A DNA stretch of 64,000 nt from Candidatus Thorarchaeota archaeon (GCA_004524445.1 SDNP01000002.1:64001-128000), one strand, 5' to 3'; positions 47,187 to 57,771 are shown, counted from the first letter of the stretch. A program made the numbers and translations. Notes: generated from the sequence alone by a model not told the origin.

Positions 47187-47939
47187 CTAGTCACCTATTT
47201 CTCGAGGTATGAAGAGATGCATAGGAACTCCCCTTAATACTGGACCTATAGCAGCGATTATGCCTGTTGCTCGTGTTGACCGTTTGCATCTCAGGGAAAA
47301 CTCGAATGGTCCTAGTCTCTCAATCTCATAGATATCCTGTCTATGATTTGTCCTTTCAAGTGCACCATCAATCATATCGCGATTGGCGCCAAATACTAAG
47401 AGACGCTGATGGTCGTCATTGCTCCAAGTATCTAATTGGCCAATGAAATCGGATGTAAATTCAGCCTCGATCTCAACACTTCTTTCATCTTTATGTACAA
47501 CTTCTACTGTCACAGGAAGATTATCTACAAGTACAAACGAACCTGCAATACTCCGTACTGATGCATTCATCTCAAACTGAGAACGAAGCTTGTGTAATGG
47601 TACTAATGCATCACTCATGGATGGGTTGGTAATACCAACATCAACATAGACTCCATAGCCCACCTTTCCCACATCTCGAAGTTGTCCGGAATATACATCT
47701 CCTGTTGACAGAGACCTCAAGGATGTGGTTGTGCCATATTCCCCCGCTAGAGTATTGCTGACAAATTCTTCATCGTCACCATCTAAAGATACGATAATAT
47801 GACCTCTCTCATCAATGGAAACCTTCTCAATCCGTATATCAAGCTCGGAGGTTCGCTCATGAAGGTCTGTTTCAAAATCACGAATAAGCCTATTCTGGTA
47901 ATCCCCATATACTCGCGCCAGTAAGGTTAACTCCATCAT
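47187..47939 (-). CDS. DUF2110-like archaeal S1-domain protein
   Basis: GKVGYGVYVDVG, IERLGPFE, GIIAAIGP; usual neighbour of tfe. Confidence 0.75.
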   Translation of the reverse strand: MMELTLLARVYGDYQNRLIRDFETDLHERTSELDIRIEKVSIDERGHIIVSLDGDDEEFVSNTLAGEYGTTTSLRSLSTGDVYSGQLRDVGKVGYGVYVDVGITNPSMSDALVPLHKLRSQFEMNASVRSIAGSFVLVDNLPVTVEVVHKDERSVEIEAEFTSDFIGQLDTWSNDDHQRLLVFGANRDMIDGALERTNHRQDIYEIERLGPFEFSLRCKRSTRATGIIAAIGPVLRGVPMHLFIPREIGD

Positions 47940-47994
47940 TTCACAAACTCCTTCTGTTCATCTGACTACAAGTGCTTCCTAAAATGAATTTGTA

Positions 47995-48519
47995 CTATGT
48001 GGAGGCTGTTTCCAAATCCGCCCTCAGTTCCTCTACACGTTTCTTTAGAAAACTCACGGCCTTGGTATTATCAACATACTCAAGGGGTTCATTACAGTTC
48101 GGACATCGAAATGATAGACTCATTGCCTCTTCAAAAGGAACAGGCGATGAATCACGATTTACACAGACATAGAGGTCATTATTACTCTCATGTTTCAATC
48201 TTTGTTCAAGAAGATTCAGTACCATTTTCTTCTTCCTATTTACAAGTGCCTGGGCTTTCTTTGGATCGATTCGCCAATAATAGAGAAACCATCCGGTATT
48301 GCTGTCACGAATTCTACGATATGATGCCAGATGATTATCATGCAAATTATAGAGGATTTTCCTCACAACATTAAGCTTCAAATCAGTCTTGGTGGCTATC
48401 TCCTCATCGGTTGTTTCATCCGAATTTACTAGTACAGTAGCAACGTCCACCCCTTCCTTTCCGGCTATCTCTTCCACTACAAGTCTGAATAGGTCATTGT
48501 TAAAGGTTGATTGGGACAT
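47995..48519 (-). CDS. tfe: Transcription factor E (TFIIE alpha homolog)
   Basis: TDEEIA...LNVVRKILYNL, TGWFLYYW, Zn ribbon FRCPNCNEPL. Confidence 0.95.
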   Translation of the reverse strand: MSQSTFNNDLFRLVVEEIAGKEGVDVATVLVNSDETTDEEIATKTDLKLNVVRKILYNLHDNHLASYRRIRDSNTGWFLYYWRIDPKKAQALVNRKKKMVLNLLEQRLKHESNNDLYVCVNRDSSPVPFEEAMSLSFRCPNCNEPLEYVDNTKAVSFLKKRVEELRADLETAST

Positions 48520-48674
48520 TTGCTGATTTCACCTAAGTTGCTATATTTGGCTATATGACTGGACCTGTATCAGTTTCAGAAGTTCAAGCCCAAAGCTGTG
48601 CATCTACTATATTATTTAGTTACATGATATATAAGAGCTATTCTTTACCCGTTAGAAACTCTCATCTAGATGAT

Positions 48675-49289
48675 TCAATCACTCTTTTGCGACTTCTTTC
48701 TTTTCACTTTCACGACGTCTCCAAGTGTGGGCCCACCTGCTTTCTTCCCTCGTAATTTCTTTAGAGGAACTGTTCCAATCGATTCTAATAATGAAATTTC
48801 AAGTTCCCTCTCTAGACCCCGAATTACCTTTTGAGTGGGTTTGAGTTTTCCAGCTTCAATGGACTGTAGAGTGGTAATTCGCTCTCCGATAGCCTGCGCC
48901 AGTTCTTCCTGATTCAGTCCCTTCTTTTGTCTGGCCGAGCGAATTTTTTCCGCATAGTCCTTTATTAACACCATTTCATCTAGATGCGGTCCACCCCTGC
49001 GTTTAGTGGACGTCGCTGCTGGTCTGCTTTTTTGCTTACTGCTTGATGATTTGGAGGGCGAAGACCGTGCGTATGAAGAGCGACCTGACCAAGCAGGCCG
49101 ACGTCCCACTGAGGCGGAACTTTGTTTCTTTTCTTTTTTCTGTGCACCTCCACCGAATTTCGATGCACATTGTGGACAGACATTCATCTCAACACCATCG
49201 ATTGTGATATCTCGTCCTCGTCCCTTCATCTGTCTGCCGCAAAGCTCACAGCTAGGCAACTGCCTTACCTCTATGAGTTCCTTGCTCAA
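48675..49289 (-). CDS. mbf1: Archaeal multiprotein bridging factor 1 (aMBF1)
   Basis: CELCG...VCPQCASKFG Zn ribbon, HTH LNQEELAQ...IEAGKLKP, TLGDVV. Confidence 0.92.
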   Translation of the reverse strand: MSKELIEVRQLPSCELCGRQMKGRGRDITIDGVEMNVCPQCASKFGGGAQKKEKKQSSASVGRRPAWSGRSSYARSSPSKSSSSKQKSRPAATSTKRRGGPHLDEMVLIKDYAEKIRSARQKKGLNQEELAQAIGERITTLQSIEAGKLKPTQKVIRGLERELEISLLESIGTVPLKKLRGKKAGGPTLGDVVKVKRKKSQKSD

Positions 49290-49323
49290 GGCATAGATAA
49301 AGATTGACGTTGGTGAAAGACAA

Positions 49324-50538
49324 TCATTTCTTTTCCATGCGTTCTGCAGCCTTTTCCAACGCCTGAACTACTTCGAGTTTCTTTCCCGTTAGGAAATTGA
49401 TAGTAGATCCACCGCCGGTGCTAATATGGGATACTTTGTTCTCTAGTTTCATTTCTCTTGCCATCGCTCCTAGATGCCCGCCTCCCACAACCGTAACACC
49501 GTCAACAGTGGCAATGGCACGAAGAATCTTCTCTGTTCCCAAGGCAAATGGTTCCTTTTCAAAGAGTCCCATCGGACCATTTGCAAAGACAACTGCAGAG
49601 CCTTCTACAATCTCTTTGAATGCCTGTATTGTTCTAGTCCCAATATCATAGAAGGGGTCTTCATTCATTTCATCAAAGGAGCAGTCTACCCGAGACCCAT
49701 CTCTCTCGACTGCTGCATCAATTGGAAGCACTATGCTGTCAGCATACTCCTCTAATAGCATCCTAGCTGAATCGCGAATTGAATCGAAGCCGCTAATAGG
49801 CTTAGAATATTTCTCGTCTATTTCTCCGCTTGAAACCAATAGGGCAGTGGCTACAAGGCCACCAAGCAAAGCATGGTCCACTCTTCCTGTCTTCAGCAGT
49901 TTCTCTAGCGTCTTTACTTTGTCTTCTACTTTTGCGCCACCCAACACAAGAGTCCACGGGTGCTTCTCTGTGCCAACTGCCTTTGTAAGAGTACGGATTT
50001 CCTTTTCCATAAGCCTCCCTGCTACTGAAGGTAGATAAGGTGTGAATCCCACTAGGGACGCCTGTGACCTGTGAGCCGCGCCAAATGCATCATTTACAAA
50101 TAAATCGAATAGAGGATATAGCTCCTGAACCAACGGTTCTTTGGCTACCTCTTCAACGGGCGCCTTCTTTAACTCACCATCAAAATATCTGACATTTTGA
50201 AGGACAAGGACCTCTCCTAGTTCTAAGTCCTTTATAGATGACTTGGCCTCGTCCCCGAAGATATCATCAACAAAACTGGCACGTATCCCGTGTTTTTGTA
50301 GTATCTCCGTATGTGGTCTAAGTGAAATGAAATCATCACTCCCAGGCCTCCCCTGGTGTGCCATTAGTACAACAGTGCTCTTGGACAGATCCTCAAGCGT
50401 TGGAAGGATGGCCTCTATCCTAGAGCTATCCGTTATTTCCTTTGTTTCAGAATCGACAGAGCAATTCATGTCAGCTCGCATGATGATTCTCTTACCTGCA
50501 TACTCCACATCATCCAAAGTCTTGAAGGGCAAACTCAT
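49324..50538 (-). CDS. pgk: Phosphoglycerate kinase
   Basis: RADMN, AHQGRPG, NDAFGAAHRS, LGGAKVEDK, NGPMGLFE, HISTGGG. Confidence 0.97.
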   Translation of the reverse strand: MSLPFKTLDDVEYAGKRIIMRADMNCSVDSETKEITDSSRIEAILPTLEDLSKSTVVLMAHQGRPGSDDFISLRPHTEILQKHGIRASFVDDIFGDEAKSSIKDLELGEVLVLQNVRYFDGELKKAPVEEVAKEPLVQELYPLFDLFVNDAFGAAHRSQASLVGFTPYLPSVAGRLMEKEIRTLTKAVGTEKHPWTLVLGGAKVEDKVKTLEKLLKTGRVDHALLGGLVATALLVSSGEIDEKYSKPISGFDSIRDSARMLLEEYADSIVLPIDAAVERDGSRVDCSFDEMNEDPFYDIGTRTIQAFKEIVEGSAVVFANGPMGLFEKEPFALGTEKILRAIATVDGVTVVGGGHLGAMAREMKLENKVSHISTGGGSTINFLTGKKLEVVQALEKAAERMEKK

Positions 50539-50675
50539 CTCTTTTCACCAAAATCATGTTTCCATTAATCGAGGATGGCTAGTTCACAATGCAACCTATC
50601 CACAACTACTCTGTCCTGCGTTTACTCAAAAATGTGTCTGCACACAACGCAGTGACCTAACAACGAACGACCGAT

Positions 50676-50813
50676 TGGTGCCGCAGGAGGGCTTTGATCC
50701 CTCGATTTCAAGATTTCCCATCTTGAGGCGCTTTACTCAATGACCCCAAATTCATCTCCCGAAATGGGAGGAGATTATGAGTCTTGCGCCCCACCAGTCT
50801 AGGCTACTGCGGC
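50676..50813 (-). tRNA. tRNA-Met(CAT), elongator type, 61-nt intron at 37/38 (50715-50775)
   Basis: GCCGCAG/CTGCGGC, CAAGA-CTCATA^A-TCTTG, BHB CTCA/TGGG; atypical T loop ATCAAAG. Confidence 0.85.
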
Positions 50814-50900
50814 ACGCGGTTAGTTAGAAAGGAGCGAGGTCCTCTCATCGGTGCCCACCGCTTGATTTCTCTATTAAAGTTACGCTTCATACTACAATGG

Positions 50901-52817
50901 TCACTCAGATGTTATCTTCTGAATCTCTTCCATGAGTAATTCTCTTACCTGTTTTCCGTCTGCCTTTCCATGAAGATCCTTCATAGCAACTCCCATGAGT
51001 CCGCCTATTGCTCGCATTCCCTCTTTCTCGACAAAGTCCCTACGTTCATTCACCAGGTTCCTGACATAACGCGAAATCTCTTTCTCCTCAATCTTTTGAA
51101 AGCCCGTCGTTGATAATGCCTCTTCAAAGTCTGCCTGTGGATTGTTAGCAAAAAAGGTCAACATATCAGGAATCGCTTCGGAAGATATACCACCTGATGA
51201 AACTTCTTTAAAAATAGCAATAATCTGGTTCTCCGGAATATTTTCTGTAGGCACACCATCCCTGTTGAGACTAATCATAGTATTCTCCAATGCAACAGCT
51301 ACAAGCGTTGGAGAAATATCAACATTCTCAACGATTTCCTCGTACAAATCAATATTCAGTGATTTAGTAATCTGACCCGCCAGCTCTTCACTCAGCCCAT
51401 GCTCTCGAATAAAACGGATTCTCCTCTCTTCAAGTTTTTCTGGTAGATTCTTCTCTATTTCTCTGATGCGTTTCTCGTCGATAACAACAGCTCTCACATC
51501 GGTTTCTGGATACATCCTCTCCGCCCCTGGTCGAGGTCTTGCGTATTTGGTTGTACCATCAGGAAGAGGAGTGCGTGTTTCAGCTGGAACTCCTAGAATC
51601 GCCTCTCGTGCACGGTTCAAGACCGCCTTAAGCGCATCATTACAGTTCTTTTCAGGGGCTGCAACGATTATGACTGCATCATTTTCATCTGCCAAAACCG
51701 CTTTCTTGAGTTCATCCACACCGTGTTGTGTGATTCCATATTTGGGAAGCTCATCTGTATGGAATATCCCTCCGACATCACCCCAGAATTTCGCATAGTC
51801 GGAAAGCTCACTTCCTAACCTTCGGTTGGGCTGTATCTCTCTTCCCACCAATTTTGCAAATGCAGGAAGCTTTACAGCTTTGACTCGACCGCCTTTTTCG
51901 ATAGCACTCTTGATAACCTTCGAATCGGATTTATCAAATATGTCTGTCACATCATAGATTTGATCTTCTATTGTTCCAATTGTGACACTTCGCTTCTCTA
52001 ATTCCTCTTTTATTTGTAGGAGACTCTTCTGTCGTAGTGCTTCTAGCTCTACAACTGTTGATAGTAATGCGAGCTGCTGCAATCCCTTTATCTCAATTAT
52101 CCCCCCACCTTCAATTGATACATTCACGTCCTGACGTATAGTTCCCAGCCCTCGTTTTACTTTTCCCGTGGACCGCAGCAATATGCCCAAAGCCAATGCG
52201 ACCTCCTCTGCCTCTCTAGGCGTACTAATATCAGGCGCAGTAGCAACCTCTATCAATGGAATTCCAAGTCTATCCAATCTATAAGTCGTAACATTTCCTG
52301 TAGGGTCATCAGCGATTTTCCTTGCGGCGTCTTCTTCAAGACAAATGGTCTGAATGCCTATTTCTTTCTCTCCAACTCGAATTTTTCCACCACCTGCAAT
52401 AATACATGTTCTCTGAAAGCCGGTCGTATTGCTCCCATCTATGACTATCTTTCTCATGGGATGAATTTCGTCAACAGGCGTTGATTCCAGAAAGCTCGCC
52501 ATTGTGAGACAAATGTCTATCGATTCCTCATCAATGCTGTGTGGGGGCTCTTCATCTGCTTCTACTAGACAGGTTGTATCATTATAAAACTCGTAACAGA
52601 ATCTCTTATTCCTCTGAAATTCAAATAATGCCGCCGGGTCTACCTGTCCCATCTCACTCTGGGTAGGGCGAAGTCGTCTCATGAACCTTCCATGTGGTTG
52701 ATCATCTCGAATTACAGTCGGGCAGTGACAGTATAATTTTCTCTCGGTATCTAACTGCTGATGAAGTTCCAAACCAACCATCAAACCCAGTTCATCATAA
52801 TCCAGATTGGGCGGCAA
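50901..52817 (-). CDS. gatE: Glu-tRNA(Gln) amidotransferase subunit E
   Basis: GLELHQQL, DEEPPH, MRKIVIDGSNTTGFQRT, RLDRLGIPLIE, RPGAERMYPETD; probable TTG start just after gatD stop. Confidence 0.96.
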   Translation of the reverse strand: MPPNLDYDELGLMVGLELHQQLDTERKLYCHCPTVIRDDQPHGRFMRRLRPTQSEMGQVDPAALFEFQRNKRFCYEFYNDTTCLVEADEEPPHSIDEESIDICLTMASFLESTPVDEIHPMRKIVIDGSNTTGFQRTCIIAGGGKIRVGEKEIGIQTICLEEDAARKIADDPTGNVTTYRLDRLGIPLIEVATAPDISTPREAEEVALALGILLRSTGKVKRGLGTIRQDVNVSIEGGGIIEIKGLQQLALLSTVVELEALRQKSLLQIKEELEKRSVTIGTIEDQIYDVTDIFDKSDSKVIKSAIEKGGRVKAVKLPAFAKLVGREIQPNRRLGSELSDYAKFWGDVGGIFHTDELPKYGITQHGVDELKKAVLADENDAVIIVAAPEKNCNDALKAVLNRAREAILGVPAETRTPLPDGTTKYARPRPGAERMYPETDVRAVVIDEKRIREIEKNLPEKLEERRIRFIREHGLSEELAGQITKSLNIDLYEEIVENVDISPTLVAVALENTMISLNRDGVPTENIPENQIIAIFKEVSSGGISSEAIPDMLTFFANNPQADFEEALSTTGFQKIEEKEISRYVRNLVNERRDFVEKEGMRAIGGLMGVAMKDLHGKADGKQVRELLMEEIQKITSE

Positions 52818-52818
52818 T

Positions 52819-54174
52819 TCATTTCGCCTCTTGTCTATCCAAGTATTCCGCATATTCCGTCCTCATTTCCATCTCTCCTACTATCGGTTTTGTCAATTCA
52901 GACTTGACCTGATCCAGTTCCTTGCGATTAGCCAGCAACCACATTAGTTTTACAAGAGCTGTTTCAGGGAGCATATCTTCACATGGAATAACACCGAGAT
53001 CCAGAAGCTCCACACCAGATCGGTACACATTCATATCAACTCGACCGAAAATACATTGACTAGTCATTGCAACTACCAATTCCGATTTGATTGCACGCTC
53101 AATGGCACCATTAATCCGAGTGGGTGCATGTCCTAGACCTGAACCTTCTATGACTATACCTCGATAATCTGTATCGACAAGATGGTCTATAATATCTGAA
53201 GACATACCTGGATATGTTTTGACCAGACCAACTCGCCCCTCAAATCTCGGTTTCACATGTAATTTTCTTTTAGGGCTACGACGCAAGAGAGGAGCACCTA
53301 TCTCAAGAATTTCATCTTCTTCTCTCTTCAGAATGGGATAATCATTCACTGTCCTGAACGCATCTCGCCTACTAGTATGTAACTTTCTGACTCTCGTACC
53401 TCTATGTGCATATACATAGGAATCATCAGTTTCTCCGTGCATAACCACCAAGATCTCTGCGATATCTGCCCTGCCTACAAGTTCTATTGCACCAATAAGA
53501 TTCATCGAGGCATCTGAAGAAGGTCGATCCGAGGAACGTTGGGAACCAACCAACGCCACTGGTACGGGAAGATTCTGAAGAGCAAAGGACAGAGCTGCCG
53601 ACGTTAAACCTAAGGTATCAGTTCCATGAGCGACTACGACGCCATCCACTCCCTTTCGTATTTCCTTTGCAACCGCACGGGCAATTTTTGACCAATGTTT
53701 TGGCTCAATGTTCTCTGACAACTCACTAAGTAATACTCTTGCGTCAATCTGAGCATGCTGCCTTAATTCAGGAACTGACTCGTAGAGGTCTTGTGCCGTG
53801 AGGGCAGGATTTACAGCTCCTGTAAGATAGTCGACTTTGCTGGCTATAGTTCCTCCTGTACTGAGAATTGAAACACGTGGAAGACTCGAGTCCTTACTCT
53901 CTGGAATATCTGCTTTTGATGAAACAGATTTCTTCTCTTTGCGCTTGAGCTTCTGTAGAATTGTGCTCTCGTTCACTCTTAGACCCAAATTGTATCCACT
54001 ATCCAGTTTGAGAACCAAATGGTGTGAATCAGCTCCTATCTGACTACGGGGCATGATTATCCCTTCAATTTCCTTTTCATCATCTTTGAAGCGTACTTTA
54101 TCACCCATCTGAATGCCTGCAGATGCGAGTTTCTTCAGGAGAGTACCCTTGTAGCCAGAGTCTTCTAGGCTCAT
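52819..54174 (-). CDS. gatD: Glu-tRNA(Gln) amidotransferase subunit D
   Basis: KLDSGYNLG, STGGTIAS, HGTDT, GSQRSSDRPSSD, HTSRRDAF. Confidence 0.96.
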   Translation of the reverse strand: MSLEDSGYKGTLLKKLASAGIQMGDKVRFKDDEKEIEGIIMPRSQIGADSHHLVLKLDSGYNLGLRVNESTILQKLKRKEKKSVSSKADIPESKDSSLPRVSILSTGGTIASKVDYLTGAVNPALTAQDLYESVPELRQHAQIDARVLLSELSENIEPKHWSKIARAVAKEIRKGVDGVVVAHGTDTLGLTSAALSFALQNLPVPVALVGSQRSSDRPSSDASMNLIGAIELVGRADIAEILVVMHGETDDSYVYAHRGTRVRKLHTSRRDAFRTVNDYPILKREEDEILEIGAPLLRRSPKRKLHVKPRFEGRVGLVKTYPGMSSDIIDHLVDTDYRGIVIEGSGLGHAPTRINGAIERAIKSELVVAMTSQCIFGRVDMNVYRSGVELLDLGVIPCEDMLPETALVKLMWLLANRKELDQVKSELTKPIVGEMEMRTEYAEYLDRQEAK

Positions 54175-54235
54175 AATATCAACACCTTTCAATCATTTTC
54201 GAGGTGCTCATTATCAGAATAAAACCTTCGTATTC

Positions 54236-54799
54236 CTAGAGAATCGAAAATAGAATCAAAATACCGAATGCTATGAATATGAAACCTGTAGATATTCTAA
54301 TCCCTCTCATAGGTAATTTTTCTGATATCTTATCACCAACGGCAACCCCGATTGCATTGACTATTACGAATCCTACAATAGCTCCTACAAATACCCAGAT
54401 TGGGAATAGCGATTGTACTGCTAGTGCAAGGATTGCCAGCTGACTCTTGTCCCCCAGCTCGGAAAATAGAATCAGCGTAAACATGCTGACTAGGGTTCCA
54501 GGCTTTTCACAGCTCTGTTCCTCCTCCTCAAAACCCACGAAAGAATACACACCAAGCCCAATGAATAAAAATCCCGAGATGTAGATTATTATGTCAAGAG
54601 GCAATGCAGTCGATAGGAAGGTGCCCAGTAAAACTGCCATAATGGAAGAAACCGCCAAGGCGGTAAGCGACACTATCAGGACATACCAAGGTTTCCTGTA
54701 TTGTGCACTAAGACACATGGTGGTCAGCATGGTCTTGTCACCTATCTCCATTAGAAGAATCAGTGTTGTTGCAGATAGTAGAACCGCGAAACTCATTAC
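54236..54799 (-). CDS. GDT1/TMEM165 (UPF0016) Ca2+/Mn2+ transporter
   Basis: Two E-x-G-D-K-[TS] motifs (EIGDKT, ELGDKS), hydrophobic. Confidence 0.9.
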   Translation of the reverse strand, partial: VMSFAVLLSATTLILLMEIGDKTMLTTMCLSAQYRKPWYVLIVSLTALAVSSIMAVLLGTFLSTALPLDIIIYISGFLFIGLGVYSFVGFEEEEQSCEKPGTLVSMFTLILFSELGDKSQLAILALAVQSLFPIWVFVGAIVGFVIVNAIGVAVGDKISEKLPMRGIRISTGFIFIAFGILILFSIL

Positions 54800-54803
54800 T
54801 ATC

Positions 54804-56117
54804 CTAGTCCAGTAGATACTTCTCTTGAATGTCTTCGGTAAGTGCATTCTGCTCTATTATCCCTTTGAACATGTATGCACTTTCCCTTGGTTTTCTCTCC
54901 AAAGTTTCATAATCTACTTCAACTAGACCAAAATGGCTACTGAATCCCTGAGCCCATTCAAAATTATCTGTGAGTGACCAGACAAGATATCCAAGTACCT
55001 CGACCCCATCTTGGATTGCACGATGAACCTCTTGGAGGTGGTTGATGATATAACGCTGGCGCACTTCATCATCACTCGTCCCTATCCCGTTCTCCGTTAG
55101 AAAAATAGGTTTGTCATATTTTTTCCCAAAGGATTGCAATACCTGATAATACCCCTCAGGATAGACCTCCCAATCTAGGCCCTCGCATCGTTCCAGTTCT
55201 GGGTCTTTTGGTGGCATGTCACCTGCCATGAAATCGAGTTCAGATGACACCACCATCCGACTATAGTAATTGAGGCCAATGAAGTCTACCGAGTTATCAA
55301 GCGGTGGATATCTACTCCCATCACCCGCAGGTTCCGGAAGTATCCCCTCAATAGCACCTCTGATCCAAACATGATTGTATAACTCATCAAGATAGTCAAC
55401 CAACTCCAAATCATCGTCATTTTCGGAATCGGCTGGCATAAAATGTGAAACACTGATGACTGGAGCAATCTGTGGTTGTTCTCTGCCAATTTCATCATAG
55501 ACTTGTCTGACTTGTGTTGCAGCCTGTCCATGCGCCATTAGCAAATGCTTTGCAACAGTCAACCCCTTTCCAAAGTCCTTCTCTTCAGGGGGAAATTCGC
55601 CAAAGACATAGCCCATCGTTGTTACTACCATAGGTTCGTTAATGGTGTTCCATATGATGTCAAAATCTGAGTATGCTTCAGCCACCTTTCTGCAATATGG
55701 CGCGAAAATCTCAGGAGATTTCGGATTTAACCAAGAACCCAAATCTCTGAACCAGACTGGTTCTGTAAAATGGTGTAATGTGACCATAGGCTGGATATCT
55801 CTGTCAACAAGAGCTTGGAGCACCGACCTATAATGGTCAATCTCGCTTTCATCCCACTTGCCCTGCTCTGGTTCAAGCCTACTCCAAGCAATTGAAAATC
55901 GGTGTACCTGATGGCCAAGTTTCTTGGCCAAATCAAAATCATCTTCATACCTATTATAGTGGTCGCAGGCGATACTCGAATTACTACCGTCTTTGATTTT
56001 GCTAGGAATCTTTTCCCATTCGGTCCAGTTGTTGAAATTTCCGCCCTCTGTTTGGTGGGCAGCAGCTGCACTGCCCCAGAGGAAATTCTCTGGAAATTCT
56101 AAATCACGATATGCCAT
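54804..56117 (-). CDS. Glycoside hydrolase family 1 (beta-glucosidase)
   Basis: FPENFLWGSA, RFSIAWSR, TINEP acid/base, LNYY, TENG nucleophile, DNFEWAQG. Confidence 0.95.
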   Translation of the reverse strand: MAYRDLEFPENFLWGSAAAAHQTEGGNFNNWTEWEKIPSKIKDGSNSSIACDHYNRYEDDFDLAKKLGHQVHRFSIAWSRLEPEQGKWDESEIDHYRSVLQALVDRDIQPMVTLHHFTEPVWFRDLGSWLNPKSPEIFAPYCRKVAEAYSDFDIIWNTINEPMVVTTMGYVFGEFPPEEKDFGKGLTVAKHLLMAHGQAATQVRQVYDEIGREQPQIAPVISVSHFMPADSENDDDLELVDYLDELYNHVWIRGAIEGILPEPAGDGSRYPPLDNSVDFIGLNYYSRMVVSSELDFMAGDMPPKDPELERCEGLDWEVYPEGYYQVLQSFGKKYDKPIFLTENGIGTSDDEVRQRYIINHLQEVHRAIQDGVEVLGYLVWSLTDNFEWAQGFSSHFGLVEVDYETLERKPRESAYMFKGIIEQNALTEDIQEKYLLD

Positions 56118-56179
56118 TTTGATACAATCCCTATGACCGGCAAAGTGTCCATAAAATTGCCGTATTAGTCGAAAAAGAA

Positions 56180-56299
56180 TGGTGCGGGAGGAGGGATTCG
56201 AACCCTCGGACTCCTACGAGAGCGGATGTCTCATTGATGACCCCATTTTTTCATCTGATCTTAAGTCCGCCGCCTTTGGCCTGTCTTGGCAACTCCCGC
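56180..56299 (-). tRNA. tRNA-Leu(TAA) with 32-nt intron at 37/38 (56228-56259)
   Basis: GCGGGAG/CTCCCGC, GCGGA-CTTAAG^A-TCCGC, long variable arm, CCA. Confidence 0.92.
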
Positions 56300-56418
56300 A
56301 GTTCTTTTATGATTCAACTCCAATTGGTTTTCTTTTATAACCTTGAGGCAACGCCGATGTAAGTCAGTCTGTAGTCAATACAGAAGTGCTTAAGAACAGT
56401 TCCTTGATTGTATGCCTA

Positions 56419-56528
56419 GGGCGCGTAGTCTAGTATGGACTCCTTATAGCTTCTGCTGCAGGAGATACGCATAAGGCACCAGCCTTCGGAGCTGGGCATC
56501 CCAGGTTCGAATCCTGGCGCGCCCGCCA
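56419..56528 (+). tRNA. tRNA-Arg(TCG) with 32-nt D-loop intron (19/20; 56439-56470)
   Basis: GGGCGCG/CGCGCCC, CCAGC-CTTCGGA-GCTGG, CCA; BHB helix GTAT/ATAC around CTCCT...AGGAG. Confidence 0.92.
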
Positions 56529-56540
56529 CTTCAAGACCAT

Positions 56541-56759
56541 TTATGCCTTGCCCAGTTTCTTATTCCAGACTTCCAAAAAGTACTCAAGGGATCGGTCGAA
56601 AGTCTTCTCTGCTTCTGGCGGAAATAAGCATCCGGGCAATTCTTGATGCTTCCAGTGGTATTGTAAGCAATCACAACAATACCCTTTTCGTGGACATCCC
56701 GGGTAAGTACAACCGCATCTTTCCTTATTCTTTTCAACATTGCATATTCTACCAGTCAT
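56541..56759 (-). CDS. Small Cys-rich protein (DUF6485-like)
   Basis: CGCTYPGCPRKGYCCDCLQYH...LPGCLF...DRS. Confidence 0.75.
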   Translation of the reverse strand: MTGRICNVEKNKERCGCTYPGCPRKGYCCDCLQYHWKHQELPGCLFPPEAEKTFDRSLEYFLEVWNKKLGKA

Positions 56760-56851
56760 CTTTAGTTCAGCCTCTTGTCTTGACTGAGTCATTAAAACCT
56801 CTATGGTGCAGTCGGCAGGCTAATAGCGAAAACCTACAATTTAGTATCGAA

Positions 56852-57649
56852 ATGAGCTTCATTCAGGAATTTGACATAGATACTACCGGCATAGATGGGA
56901 GGCGGCTTGACTCTACATTGGCTTCCGATTTTGAAAATCTCCTTTTTCAATACTATGGGCCTGAAACAAGAATCGAGTCCGCAAAAAGGATGCGAAGCAA
57001 AAAGAATGTCACTCTTGATCTGATTATCGATGTCGGGAAAGATACTCTCTCTCATGTTGTTGCGAAACTCTTCATCGAAGATGGATATCTAATTGAGAGA
57101 AGGGTCTTGGCAGAAAGCACTCATAATGACCTAGCAGTGCCAAGGATTCTCGCCACCGTTCCCAATGTCATTCTGATGGAGTATATTTCGGGGATTCCTC
57201 TCATTGAAAGAATACACGAAACATACAGCATGGAAGAGATCGACAAATTAGCATCTTGGTACCACAGATTCCATGACATTCACAATCTCATCAAGGGGGA
57301 TGCAAGACTACGAAACTTCATTATGAAGGACAACTCTACCCTATATGGTGTTGACTTTGAAGAAGCTCGCCCCGGAGAGTGGATTATTGATATTGGTGGC
57401 GCCGCAGCAAGTCTTCTTGATACAGATCCGATTTTTGATATAAGAAAACAGAAACTAGCATGGAGGCTACTGGACCAGTACCTCTTGCTTATTGGCACCA
57501 ATCGGACAAAGAACCAGGAAACTGAATTCATACAATCAGTTGCTAATGCCCTCCAACAGACTGCTATCTGGAGGAATGACAAGGAGTTACAACGGCTCTC
57601 TCAACAAGTCAGAACCGATGGCATCCCCAATAACAAAACATGTAGCTAA
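56852..57649 (+). CDS. Protein kinase-like/APH-family phosphotransferase
   Basis: VVAKLF, LMEYISG, KGDARLRNF, GVDFEE; start ATG 56852. Confidence 0.75.
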   Translation: MSFIQEFDIDTTGIDGRRLDSTLASDFENLLFQYYGPETRIESAKRMRSKKNVTLDLIIDVGKDTLSHVVAKLFIEDGYLIERRVLAESTHNDLAVPRILATVPNVILMEYISGIPLIERIHETYSMEEIDKLASWYHRFHDIHNLIKGDARLRNFIMKDNSTLYGVDFEEARPGEWIIDIGGAAASLLDTDPIFDIRKQKLAWRLLDQYLLLIGTNRTKNQETEFIQSVANALQQTAIWRNDKELQRLSQQVRTDGIPNNKTCS

Positions 57650-57771
57650 ACCATTTCTTGATGTTCCCGAAACTTCTTATTCACTTCGCCTAGTGATATG
57701 CACGCTCAAACATATCAATCAGACAAAGGTGGAGATTCACAATAGCACCCTCAAGAAAAGTCAAAGCAGCC

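Noticed and set aside
56543-56851. N-terminal extensions of ORF-track calls (kinase, korA, nac, gatE, rps10)
   Set aside because: Extensions overlap tRNAs or neighbouring genes; downstream starts match the family N-termini.
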